A DNA stretch of 30,418 bases from a virus (taxonomy: Duplodnaviria > Caudoviricetes): positions 1-30,418 of IMG/VR virus record IMGVR_UViG_3300037991_003814; one strand, written 5' to 3'. How positions within the stretch are numbered: the first letter of the stretch is position 1; each line of letters starts with the position of its first letter. Below are positions 9,660-19,111 of the stretch, one piece after another. Under the pieces are notes generated by a model. It made no database searches. It was not told where the DNA came from and saw nothing but the letters and a program-made list of their open reading frames with translations. The position numbers and the translations under genes are program-made.

Positions 9660-10037
9660 ATGAATACGTTGTCAGGTCAGTTCGAAGTTTCCTTCAAGGG
9701 GAAGAAGTACAAGTGTCACCTCAGCATGAATGCATTCCGCTTGGTATGCGAATCTGAGGCTATCACCATCACTCAGATGGATCAGTGGATTCAGCGCGAC
9801 CCCATCGCTGCTGTGCCACGCCTCATCTACTACGGGATGGTCAATGCCCTGCACTATGCGGGCGATACCGACACCGTGCTTCCGAACTTCAATCAGTTTG
9901 CGGCACACATGTTCGAGGACGAGAACACCATCGCTGAATACGCCACGCTCATTAGTGTGGCTATGGGTGGTGAGGAACCAGTCGAACCATCTGAAGCCGA
10001 GGACTTGGGAAACGCGAAAAAGACCAAGACCCAGTAA
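9660..10037 (+). CDS. Tail assembly chaperone (lambda gpG-like)
   Basis: Lies between tail tube and tape measure. It ends in ...LGN with the slippery heptamer G GGA AAC at 10007-10013. Confidence 0.85.
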   Translation: MNTLSGQFEVSFKGKKYKCHLSMNAFRLVCESEAITITQMDQWIQRDPIAAVPRLIYYGMVNALHYAGDTDTVLPNFNQFAAHMFEDENTIAEYATLISVAMGGEEPVEPSEAEDLGNAKKTKTQ

Positions 10038-10351
10038 CATGGCAGAGCCTCTATCAAGGAGGCTTATCCATGGGGCTACGGCCCGCTGAGTTTTGGTCTA
10101 TGACCTTTTGGGAGTACACAACTTTCAGCAATAGTATCAAGGAAGAGCAATCAAGATTGTGGTGGCACACCTCAAGCCTTTTGTGCATGCAGGCCAACCT
10201 CAATCGAGATAGCAAGAAGCGACCTACGCCATATAAGCCTCAAGACTTCCATCCATACGCGGATGAAGTCAAACAACAAAAAGACCCTCGCCCAACGCAA
10301 GCAAACGTTGATTGGTTGCAGAAGATGGGCAAATCATTGAGCAATGGCTGA
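10007..10351 (+). CDS. Frameshift extension of tail chaperone (gpGT-like)
   Basis: The -1 frame is open from the slippery site at 10007 through track ORF 10070..10351 ('MGLRPAEFWSMTFWEY', a gpT-like motif). Confidence 0.82.
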   Translation, partial: GKREKDQDPVTWQSLYQGGLSMGLRPAEFWSMTFWEYTTFSNSIKEEQSRLWWHTSSLLCMQANLNRDSKKRPTPYKPQDFHPYADEVKQQKDPRPTQANVDWLQKMGKSLSNG

Positions 10352-13235
10352 TTCTAAACTCTCCTTACAGATAGCCCTAGACCACGAGCGGTTTAGCAAG
10401 GGCCTGAGCAACGTACAAAAGAGGACTGCTCGTGCTGGTCGGTTGATGACCGACGTTGGCAAGAAGATGTCCATTGGCCTCAGCGTCCCTCTCGCTCTGA
10501 TTGGACGTCGTGTAGCGGAGACGGCTACTGAGTTCGAGTACCAAATGGCTCGTGTGGCCGCCATCAGCGGGTCGGCTGCTGACGGGCTTGCTGCTCTCAC
10601 CATGAAGGCCGAGGAGCTTGGTAGTAAGACCATCTTTACGGCACGAGCAGTAGGTCAACTGCAAGAGGAATTCGCGAAACTCGGATTCAGCGCCGAGGAA
10701 ATCAATCAGGTCACCGAGTCCACACTGAGCCTGGCTCAGGTAACGGGAGCTACCCTTCCCCGTGCCGCAGAGATTGCGGGTGCGACTTTGCGCACATTTG
10801 GTCTAGAGGCTAGCCAAATTGAGCAAGTCAACGACGTGGTGGCAGTTGCCATCAGCAAGTCGGCTTTGGACTTTGAGTCCTTTGCGGAGACCATGAAGTA
10901 CGCAGGTAGCCAGGCGGCTGTCAGCGGCATCAGCATGGAACAACTGAGCGCCGCTATGGGCGTCTTGGCCAACACGGGTGTGAAGGGGTCCATCGCTGGT
11001 ACGCGTCTGCGCATGATCTTTGCTAAGCTGGCTCAGGAGGGCGGTGATGTAGAGAAGGAATTCCTGAAGGTAATCGACGGAACGATGACGATGACCGAGG
11101 CCATCGACCGCTTCGGCATCCGCGCTGCAACGGCTATCCCTGTATTGCAGGAGAACCGTGAGGAATTCCACAAACTCAACAGACAACTCAACGACAGCGC
11201 AGGTACGCTTAGCGTTATGCAAGAGGTTATGGACGACACGTCCTTTGCCGTGCAGAAGAAGTTGACTAGTGCCCTTGAGAATCTCAGCATTCAAATTGGC
11301 AAGGCTCTCTTGCCTATGTTGAACGTCGTTCTTGAGATACTCATCAAAATCACCAATGGCTTCGCAAAGCTACCTGCCTTCCTTCAAGGCGTCATCGTAA
11401 CCATTGGGGCTTTGGTGGCGGTCATAGGTCCGTTGCTCTTTGTGTTCGGAAACCTATTGACCAGCATGGTCAGCCTTCAGTTCTTGGCGCCAGGAGTCGC
11501 AGCCGCTTTGAGCACCTACCTCCTTCCCGCCATCATCGCCATCACCGCTATTGGTGGTGTTGTCTCTTTCTTGGCTGGATTGGAGCGAGGCATGCTCAAT
11601 GTTGAGACTGCGGCCCAACGTATGGCTCGTGCAGAAGAGGAGGCGACCAAGAATAGCATCAAGCAAGCGGCCCCTGCTAGAGACCTCATCTACGCATACA
11701 AGAATCAGAACACCACCCTTGACGAACGTCGTGAGATTCTGAAGAAACTCAACGACATGCACCCAGAGACCTTCGGGAACTTGGATGCTGAGGCCACCTC
11801 CGTTGAGGACTTGGAATTGCGCTACAAAGACTTGACGAAGCAGCTCTTTGCTGTTGCCCGTGCACGTGCGTATAGCGCTGAGGCCACCCGCTTGGAACAA
11901 GAGCGTTTGGAGGCCATGAATAAGCAAAACATCGCGCAGCAGACGGTGGACAGCCTGAAGGAGGAGCAAGCGCGTGTAGAAGCCTTTAACAGAGCGCAGA
12001 GAGGCGTGCAGGGCACGAAAGAAGGGGCTGGGGTAGGCATCTTGGCCTTCGGTGGCGTAAGAGAGCTTGCTGAGGCCGAGGGAATCGTCAGAGACCAGCA
12101 GGGCATCATTGACGACGTCACCAATCAGATGGAGGAATTAGAGCGAATGATTAAGGCAGAGGGCCTTGACGCTGTGCTCAAGAATCTGTACGGCGTTGGC
12201 GATGGCGGAGGGATGGGCACTCCTGGCCCCATGACGTTCATCCAAGAGATGGAGCGCGACTTGGCCCGTTTGGAGCGGTTCACGTTCCTGACACAAGGTG
12301 TAGGCGGACAGGACACCATCACCTTCCAAGCTGACAAGCTGAAAATCCTGAACAAGGCTGTCAAAGAGTTCAGCGAGATTGACGACCCCACGGTGCGCGC
12401 CAAGTTTGCCGATGATATCGCACGCATCCAAGAGGAGATTGCGGCCCTTGCGCCAGAGGTCAAAACGCTGAAGGATCAAGAGAGTGCGTTCGATGCATAC
12501 ACCAATGCATTGCTTCGCTTCGCCGACGGACAAGATTCCATTGACCTCCGAAAGGGACTAGGTCTCTTTGCCGACGAGGGAGAGATGCTTGCTGCACAAA
12601 TCAACAACCAAGTGCAACTCGTCAACTTCTTGGCTGACGCGCTAGGTCGTGAGAACGACATGTACATTGAGCAGGCTGCTGTACTCCAAGACCTCATCGA
12701 CAAGAAGGAGAAGTTCAACAGGACGCAGCAAGAGACCGCTCAGGCCGCTGATGTAGAAACCGACAAACTGAGGGCCATCGCCGACATCTCCTTTGGCATT
12801 GGTCAGAATCTCGGTGAGGCCGCTGATGCTAGCAAGACCTTTGGTCAAGCCGCTATGGAAGCATTCAAGGATGCTGCTAAGGCTGCGGCACGTTATGCAT
12901 ACATGCGTTACCTGGCAGCCGTCATGGAGGACGAGAGCAAGCCCGAAGCAATTAGCAAGCTTGTTGCCGCTAGCGTGGGCCTTGGTGTCCTCACGGGTCT
13001 CGTCAACAGCATCCCCGCCTTAGCCGAGGGAGGTATCACCAACGGACCGATGCTCGCAATGATTGGTGACAACCGCAGTGGAAAGGAAGCGGTGATCCCG
13101 CTGGAAAAGCTCCCAAGCCTCATGGGCAAGATGGGAGGCAACAAAGAGATGGAATTAAGCACACGCCTTGATGGTCAGGACTTGGTCTTGGCAAGTCGGC
13201 GGGCTAAGTACAACATGTTCAGAACAGGTAGGTAA
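10344..13235 (+). CDS. Tail tape measure protein (TP901 family)
   Basis: 963 aa and helical, with 'FEYQMARVAAIS', 'AEELGSKTIFTA', 'GVKGSIAGTRLR', a hydrophobic mid-section and C-terminal 'LAEGGI..GP..AMIGD...EAVIPL'. Confidence 0.96.
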   Translation: MADSKLSLQIALDHERFSKGLSNVQKRTARAGRLMTDVGKKMSIGLSVPLALIGRRVAETATEFEYQMARVAAISGSAADGLAALTMKAEELGSKTIFTARAVGQLQEEFAKLGFSAEEINQVTESTLSLAQVTGATLPRAAEIAGATLRTFGLEASQIEQVNDVVAVAISKSALDFESFAETMKYAGSQAAVSGISMEQLSAAMGVLANTGVKGSIAGTRLRMIFAKLAQEGGDVEKEFLKVIDGTMTMTEAIDRFGIRAATAIPVLQENREEFHKLNRQLNDSAGTLSVMQEVMDDTSFAVQKKLTSALENLSIQIGKALLPMLNVVLEILIKITNGFAKLPAFLQGVIVTIGALVAVIGPLLFVFGNLLTSMVSLQFLAPGVAAALSTYLLPAIIAITAIGGVVSFLAGLERGMLNVETAAQRMARAEEEATKNSIKQAAPARDLIYAYKNQNTTLDERREILKKLNDMHPETFGNLDAEATSVEDLELRYKDLTKQLFAVARARAYSAEATRLEQERLEAMNKQNIAQQTVDSLKEEQARVEAFNRAQRGVQGTKEGAGVGILAFGGVRELAEAEGIVRDQQGIIDDVTNQMEELERMIKAEGLDAVLKNLYGVGDGGGMGTPGPMTFIQEMERDLARLERFTFLTQGVGGQDTITFQADKLKILNKAVKEFSEIDDPTVRAKFADDIARIQEEIAALAPEVKTLKDQESAFDAYTNALLRFADGQDSIDLRKGLGLFADEGEMLAAQINNQVQLVNFLADALGRENDMYIEQAAVLQDLIDKKEKFNRTQQETAQAADVETDKLRAIADISFGIGQNLGEAADASKTFGQAAMEAFKDAAKAAARYAYMRYLAAVMEDESKPEAISKLVAASVGLGVLTGLVNSIPALAEGGITNGPMLAMIGDNRSGKEAVIPLEKLPSLMGKMGGNKEMELSTRLDGQDLVLASRRAKYNMFRTGR

Positions 13236-16200
13236 TGGCGTATACAACTCTAGCTGAGTCGTTCTTCGACGACGACCACGGCAATCGATACAAGCTGACG
13301 ATTGATAATCTGCAAGAAAGAAATGCAGACTACAACCCCAGCAATTACTCCTTCACCGTTGGTCAGGACTTAGACATGCCAAGGGGTGGCTGCATGGTCA
13401 GTTTTGAGAATGACCTCAGTAACGGGATATACTCTCCTATCACTACCAGTAAGTTAGAGCTTGACTACTTCGTGACTACAGATGATGAACACGAATTTAT
13501 CAAGTATCTCAGCGAACAGCCTGACTACAAAATCCAAGCACATCTACGGCCTAACACTGCTGGTTCAACTGGTGTTTTCAGAGGGTTCCTTGTGCCTGAT
13601 CAAATCAAGATTGAACTTGGCGGATACCCCTACCAAGTCAAACTTGTCTTTGTTGATGGCTTGGCCCTACTGAAAGATGTGGCCTACAAGGAGCGTGACG
13701 ACAACAGCGTGTACGACGACTACCAGACGCTCAAAATCACCGTAGGAAGAGCCATCACAAGGATACGTGACGCCTACAACTACTATCGAGGATCTACTCC
13801 TCAGCAAGGAGACGCCGTTCCTATCGACATCGTTGAATACATAGACTTGTTCAACAAAAACTTTGGAACGTCCACCACCTTCGATGACGTTAGTGTCCTG
13901 TACACGCTGAAAATCAACCAACAGACATTCAATAAGCCCTCGACACTAGCCAACCCCGTGGGGACGGGCTTTCGTGTTTTCGAGGATACCATGTCCTGTT
14001 ACGAAGTCTTAGAGCATATATGCATTGCCCTAGGGTGTCGGTTGCATTTCCGTGATGACACCTTGTACTTCATCAGCCCAACGACCTACCACGATGGCAG
14101 CACGTGTCGTGGATTTAGGCACAGCAATACAAGCTTGCTAAGCTCAAGTGATGGGGACGACAGACTGGAAGACCCCTCTCTTGCAGGTGATGGCATCACG
14201 GCTCTCTCTGCTCGTGCAGACTTCACAGATTTGGACGAATACGACCTCTTAGAGGGCAGCACAAGGTATCAATTGCCTGCGCTAAGGGGTGTGGTATACA
14301 CGCACAAAGATAGTGGCTCACAGCGCGTCCTAGGCGGTCGCTACCCTATCCCTCGTACAGCACCTCCTCAGTACGCTGAGACTTTCAGCAACATCTCCTA
14401 CAACTTGGAGCAGTACGGGTATGAATCTGGCATCGAGAATGTCTTTACCACACACGTCCTCTACAGCCGCCTACGCAGCGCCCTTGGCACTCCCGACACG
14501 TACTTCGATTTCGAGAACCTGAGTGTGGTCAATAACCCATTCACGGCGCTCACAGCCAAGCACGACTACTACGAGGCCCCTGCTCGTGTGGAGCATGCCA
14601 CGGTGGATAGAGTCACCCTTCAAGGCATCAATTCAACAGAAGCGAGAGAGCTTGTCTCTTGGTCGGAAGACTATCCGCTTGAGGATACTGAGATTGACGT
14701 TCCCGACGACATCCCCTTCCGCTTTCAAACGACAGCCTACGTCAACACCAACTTCGACAACGATGTCACGATTGGTGCTAAGATTGTCTTGCGATTTGTC
14801 ATCAAGGTCGGTGGGTACTATCTCAAGCAGCACGTCACCGCTGCTAGCTATGACGACGATGAGATCCCGCACGAGGATGGATTCGAAATCATCAAGCCAG
14901 GCGGTAATGCTCGATACATGCCTCTCCGTGCCACAGCCGATGCAGAGTGGACTCAGACCGCTACGGACCGATTCGAGATTGTCTTGAACAACCCCGACCT
15001 GTTGGAGCTGCCTAGTGAGTTTGCTACGTTGCAACACATTGATGCTGATGGCAATAGTTACGAATATGGCGGGGGCATCGCCACTATCCTAGAGCCACGC
15101 ACGGATGACAGCGAGGTCGACAGGCTGCGCCACAGAAACAACATGATGGGTTCGCAGGCGGAGAACTTCCACAACTTCCGCATGCCCATCGACATCGACA
15201 TTCCTGCCTTGCCCGATGCGGCAGCTAACCAAACGGGTATCAAGGTGTACCTGAAAGATGTCATCGCATATGATGCGGGTGGCAGTAGTTTCAACGAACA
15301 AGAGATGGACGACTTCCTCCGCGCCAATGTGCGCTTTGAGAATGTCAAGTTCTTCTTGGGTACTGGCGACAAGGGCGATGACGCAACGTACTTCGTTGCA
15401 AGCGATTCACCCGACACCGACATCGTGGAGCGAATGCCGCCTAGTGTGGTTGGGGGTCGCCCTGCGGGATGGTTCGGCACGGCGGGATACCTCTATGCTG
15501 GCAGTCAGGACTACAGCCAGCAATATGCGTCGTTCATCAGCGGTGTTCCATATGTGGCGGCAAGCAAAGACTTGTATGAAGTCCATGCTGAGGAGTACAT
15601 GCGATTCCGTAATTCTGCGCGCTACGTGTACGACCTGAAGTTGCAAGCGCCAGGTTATGTGTCAGGACAGACGTTCCGCGACCTGTTGCACTACGAGGAC
15701 AGGCCCGTCTTCACGATTGACAGCACGGAACTACAGATGTGCCCCATCTCTATCCGCCATGACATCACGCAGTCTATTACGGAGATGACGTGTGTACAGA
15801 TGGGTCGAGACACCGACAGCATAACAGAGGCTCAGGACACAGGCCGAGACCCTACGGGGACTAGCGGAGACGATGTCGGAGGGTTGCCTACAGAGGCTAT
15901 CGATACGACTAGAGAGGCGCAGCGCAGGGGCAAGCGCCCTGGCCTACCCGTGGTGGACAGCAAGAAGTTGAGTCACGTCAATCTCACAGCAGACAAGACG
16001 GGTATCGCTAGCTTCACCGTGAGTGCCACCGAGAACTTGCCTCTCAGCAACTTCGAGAACGTGTTTGCCAGCGGGCAGTCTCGTACGGGCATCACCAATG
16101 ACCGCATCCTCACGGTAACCCCGACACAAGAGGTGGATGAGTTGGGCGCAGGCACAAAGGGTCAGGTACTGAAGAGTGGTGGTACGACGCAAGATCCCGA

Positions 16201-16684
16201 CTGGGGCTATGCCCCGTACATCATCGCGTCCTCCTCAACGCGCATCCCGATGTATTACGCCAACAGGTACTACATGGGTAGTAGCCTGTATGGCTGGGAT
16301 ACCGACACGGGATACAGCACAAGTCAGACTGGGAGAACGAGCCTGCTGGACGACTACGCCCACATGGGCATTGTGTGCCCAACGGACATCAGCACGCTCA
16401 AAATCTTCGGCACCCTCCGCAACGATACCAACGCAGCGGACGTCACCGTCTGGGTGTTGACGGGGGCTGCACCCAATGGCTCTAGCTCAAGCATAAGCCT
16501 GACAGACGTCAAAGAGGTGGCCGTAAGTGTGACCACCACGGATCGTCACTATAGTTTCAGCGGGACAGCTAACAACTTGAGCATCAGCGAGGGAGACCTC
16601 ATCTTCGTCTTCTTCCAGCGTACCGAGCTTCCCAATGGCTCAACCTTCGTCAATACATCATACACAATCCTTGTTGAACAATGA
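13235..16684 (+). CDS. Large tail tip / host-recognition protein
   Basis: 1149 aa, directly after the tape measure. It has a hub-like N-terminus ('SCYEVLEHICIALGCRL'), a fibre motif 'GTKGQVLKSGG..PDW' and a beta-rich C-terminal ~150-aa domain. Confidence 0.75.
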   Translation: MAYTTLAESFFDDDHGNRYKLTIDNLQERNADYNPSNYSFTVGQDLDMPRGGCMVSFENDLSNGIYSPITTSKLELDYFVTTDDEHEFIKYLSEQPDYKIQAHLRPNTAGSTGVFRGFLVPDQIKIELGGYPYQVKLVFVDGLALLKDVAYKERDDNSVYDDYQTLKITVGRAITRIRDAYNYYRGSTPQQGDAVPIDIVEYIDLFNKNFGTSTTFDDVSVLYTLKINQQTFNKPSTLANPVGTGFRVFEDTMSCYEVLEHICIALGCRLHFRDDTLYFISPTTYHDGSTCRGFRHSNTSLLSSSDGDDRLEDPSLAGDGITALSARADFTDLDEYDLLEGSTRYQLPALRGVVYTHKDSGSQRVLGGRYPIPRTAPPQYAETFSNISYNLEQYGYESGIENVFTTHVLYSRLRSALGTPDTYFDFENLSVVNNPFTALTAKHDYYEAPARVEHATVDRVTLQGINSTEARELVSWSEDYPLEDTEIDVPDDIPFRFQTTAYVNTNFDNDVTIGAKIVLRFVIKVGGYYLKQHVTAASYDDDEIPHEDGFEIIKPGGNARYMPLRATADAEWTQTATDRFEIVLNNPDLLELPSEFATLQHIDADGNSYEYGGGIATILEPRTDDSEVDRLRHRNNMMGSQAENFHNFRMPIDIDIPALPDAAANQTGIKVYLKDVIAYDAGGSSFNEQEMDDFLRANVRFENVKFFLGTGDKGDDATYFVASDSPDTDIVERMPPSVVGGRPAGWFGTAGYLYAGSQDYSQQYASFISGVPYVAASKDLYEVHAEEYMRFRNSARYVYDLKLQAPGYVSGQTFRDLLHYEDRPVFTIDSTELQMCPISIRHDITQSITEMTCVQMGRDTDSITEAQDTGRDPTGTSGDDVGGLPTEAIDTTREAQRRGKRPGLPVVDSKKLSHVNLTADKTGIASFTVSATENLPLSNFENVFASGQSRTGITNDRILTVTPTQEVDELGAGTKGQVLKSGGTTQDPDWGYAPYIIASSSTRIPMYYANRYYMGSSLYGWDTDTGYSTSQTGRTSLLDDYAHMGIVCPTDISTLKIFGTLRNDTNAADVTVWVLTGAAPNGSSSSISLTDVKEVAVSVTTTDRHYSFSGTANNLSISEGDLIFVFFQRTELPNGSTFVNTSYTILVEQ

Positions 16685-16869
16685 GTGCCACAGACGTAAC
16701 CGACTACTTCGTCCCTGACAAGCGCCAGGAGATTGGTGACCTGCCAAGTAACCCAACACAACAAGATTTGATTGACAGAATCAATTTGTTGTCGAACATC
16801 GTGAATCAAATGTTGATTGATGTAATTGGTGATACAGGAGAAGACATCCCTCCAGAAGCTAGACAATGA
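16681..16869 (+). CDS. Small acidic hypothetical protein
   Basis: 62 aa with ATGA overlaps at both ends and a short amphipathic helix. Confidence 0.65.
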   Translation: MSATDVTDYFVPDKRQEIGDLPSNPTQQDLIDRINLLSNIVNQMLIDVIGDTGEDIPPEARQ

Positions 16870-18878
16870 CCATGAAACACTTACTCTCCCTCCTCTTGCT
16901 CCTTGTGAGCACGCTGTCTTTCAGCCAGGCTCTGACATGTGGCAATCAATGCAACCACATGGACCACGACTTCGAGGACTGGCTACAAATGCGCCGTGTG
17001 GGCAATCGCAACTCAGACTACTTCGTCAAGTACATCCCCGTTGCCTTCCACTCCTACAATGGCGCCATCACCCCAGAAGTCGCAGAACAAGCGTTCTTGG
17101 TCCTCCAAGAGCAGATGTTGGGAAGCGGCATTGTGCCGTGCCGTGCGGAGGGCAATTTCTACAACGAATGGGACGACCTAGAGACAGAGCATCCCGTCTA
17201 TGACAACCCGCTCTACTATCAGGCTATGCAGGCTGTAGAGCTGGCGGGCACACCAGCTACGGACATCTGCAACATCCACGTCTTCAGCAATGTGGGAGAC
17301 GGTGTGGGTGGGTTCTCGTGGATCAATCAGAACCCCGTCACACGTCCGTGGGATGGCATCTACTTGAGGGCTGACCAGTCCAACACGTCAGTCATCACCC
17401 ATGAGATGGGGCACTACTGCGGCCTGTACCACACGTTCAACGCAGGTAGCTGCAACAACCCAGAATCCAACTGCGAGACACAGGGGGACCGCGTATGTGA
17501 CACACCACCGACTAGCGCCAACTTGAGTTGCGAAGACCCGTTCTGCCCAACAGCGGACTACACCAATCACATGGACTACACGCCCAACGATTGCCGCGAC
17601 CACTTTACGAACGGGCAGATTCTGCGTATGCATGCATTGCTGGTCAATGGCAACAGGGCATCGGTGTGGCAGTCAGGCGCCTGCTCTGACCCCAACGTGC
17701 TCGATGTGCAACTGCTGTCGGTGCGGAACACCCGTCGATGTGACGACACCTTTGTGCCTGTCGTCAAGGTGGCCAACTTCTCTGGCATTGACGCAGAAGA
17801 CGTAGTCCTCAGCGTAATCCTCAATGGTCAGGTGTGGGAGGATGTTGTGGATGTGCCTTCTCTCTCTATTGAGACTTTCGAGGGGCCTGAGATGTCCACG
17901 CCATACATGGGAGACTACCTCGGAGAGGCATACGTCTTCTTGGTGGGGGACCAGAACCCCGACAACAACGTCACCACCTTTGAGTACAACCCACGACCCC
18001 ATGCCTCCTTCAACGTGGTCATCCAGCACGATGCCTGGCCAGAATCTGAGCAATGGAAGCTGTACAAGGAAGGGCAGGTTGGAAGTTCCTTCACGGGGGT
18101 AAACTACTACGCCGCAGCGGGATACAGCACCAGCTACCCCTACGACCAAGTTCAGGATGGATTTACGTTTGAGCCGTACATGACACACGACGAAGTGTGC
18201 CTGACGGGCGGCTGCTATGGAGGGTGGTTCCGCCACCAAGGGTATGCGGGCACTCAGGAATTGTATGATTCGGACAACCCCGATTACGAGGGCCTTATCT
18301 GCGGAGTCGACGTGTACGTTGAGCGTGGATTGGATGTGGATACCCTGTACAGCTACCACGTCACAGCCTTCTCAGATTCATGCGGCCTGACCCTCCTGTG
18401 CGAGGAAGACAACTACGAGTACATGCTCGGATACATTGGAGGGCCTAGCTCTAATTCATGGGAGTACGATTACTGCGTTGAAGACATGTACATGGAACTT
18501 GTAGACGACTTCGAAGAAGAGCCAGAGAACCTGTGCTTGGGAGACTTCAACCTTGACGGAGACATCCAACTCCAAGACCTGCTCATGATCTGTGCTGAGA
18601 TGGGGCAAGGTGGGCCTACCTGCGTGTGCGACATGGACGGTGATTCGTGGGTTAACGTCGATGACTTTGCCATGTTCCTTCAGGTGTACGGCACAGACTG
18701 CGAAGGATCACAACTCGCACCACCGACAACGCGGGAACTGGAGGAGCTTGGGTACGCACCCATCTACTACACCATGGAAGGCAAGAGAGTAAACGAAACA
18801 GAGTTTTTGGCGCAGGGCATCTATCTGGCTGAGATTGAGGTCGAGGGCGTAAGGCTCAGAATAAAAGTAATGAGATGA
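16866..18878 (+). CDS. Secreted M43 (pappalysin/ulilysin-like) zinc metalloprotease with dockerin-like repeat and putative T9SS C-terminal sorting domain
   Basis: Signal peptide MKHLLSLLLLLVSTLSFS|Q, CG pro-motif, HEMGHYCGLYHTF, GDRVCDTP, Met-turn NHMDY and FTNGQILRM. Paired GDFNLDGDI/CDMDGDSWV Ca-binding loops. C-terminal YTMEGKRV...LAQGIYL...KVMR. Confidence 0.88.
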   Translation: MTMKHLLSLLLLLVSTLSFSQALTCGNQCNHMDHDFEDWLQMRRVGNRNSDYFVKYIPVAFHSYNGAITPEVAEQAFLVLQEQMLGSGIVPCRAEGNFYNEWDDLETEHPVYDNPLYYQAMQAVELAGTPATDICNIHVFSNVGDGVGGFSWINQNPVTRPWDGIYLRADQSNTSVITHEMGHYCGLYHTFNAGSCNNPESNCETQGDRVCDTPPTSANLSCEDPFCPTADYTNHMDYTPNDCRDHFTNGQILRMHALLVNGNRASVWQSGACSDPNVLDVQLLSVRNTRRCDDTFVPVVKVANFSGIDAEDVVLSVILNGQVWEDVVDVPSLSIETFEGPEMSTPYMGDYLGEAYVFLVGDQNPDNNVTTFEYNPRPHASFNVVIQHDAWPESEQWKLYKEGQVGSSFTGVNYYAAAGYSTSYPYDQVQDGFTFEPYMTHDEVCLTGGCYGGWFRHQGYAGTQELYDSDNPDYEGLICGVDVYVERGLDVDTLYSYHVTAFSDSCGLTLLCEEDNYEYMLGYIGGPSSNSWEYDYCVEDMYMELVDDFEEEPENLCLGDFNLDGDIQLQDLLMICAEMGQGGPTCVCDMDGDSWVNVDDFAMFLQVYGTDCEGSQLAPPTTRELEELGYAPIYYTMEGKRVNETEFLAQGIYLAEIEVEGVRLRIKVMR

Positions 18879-19078
18879 ACGTAGAGACCATCACCGCCCT
18901 TGTTCCCAGCATACTAGTAGCCATTGGCGTTTGGGTTTCAATGAATAGTGAGGTGGCCAAGTTGAAAGGGCGCGTGTACCGCTTGGAATCCGATCAGGGA
19001 GAGATGAAAGAGATGTTGCAGAAGTGCGTTGACGGCATCCATGAGCTTAAGCTCTTGTTGGCCAAGAAGGGTATTTGA
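18875..19078 (+). CDS. Small membrane-anchored coiled-coil protein (holin/lysis accessory candidate)
   Basis: One N-terminal hydrophobic helix followed by a heptad coiled coil. It lies at the start of the lysis region. Confidence 0.6.
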   Translation: MNVETITALVPSILVAIGVWVSMNSEVAKLKGRVYRLESDQGEMKEMLQKCVDGIHELKLLLAKKGI

Positions 19079-19111
19079 CAAAAGTGTCTATCTTGCGCCA
19101 AAATAAAGAGC

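Noticed and set aside
15900-16869. Diversity-generating retroelement target in the tail protein
   Set aside because: I saw no reverse transcriptase and no template/variable repeat pair.
18530-18705. Cellulosome component
   Set aside because: There is no cohesin scaffoldin or glycoside hydrolase in the window. The dockerin-like repeat is on a protease.
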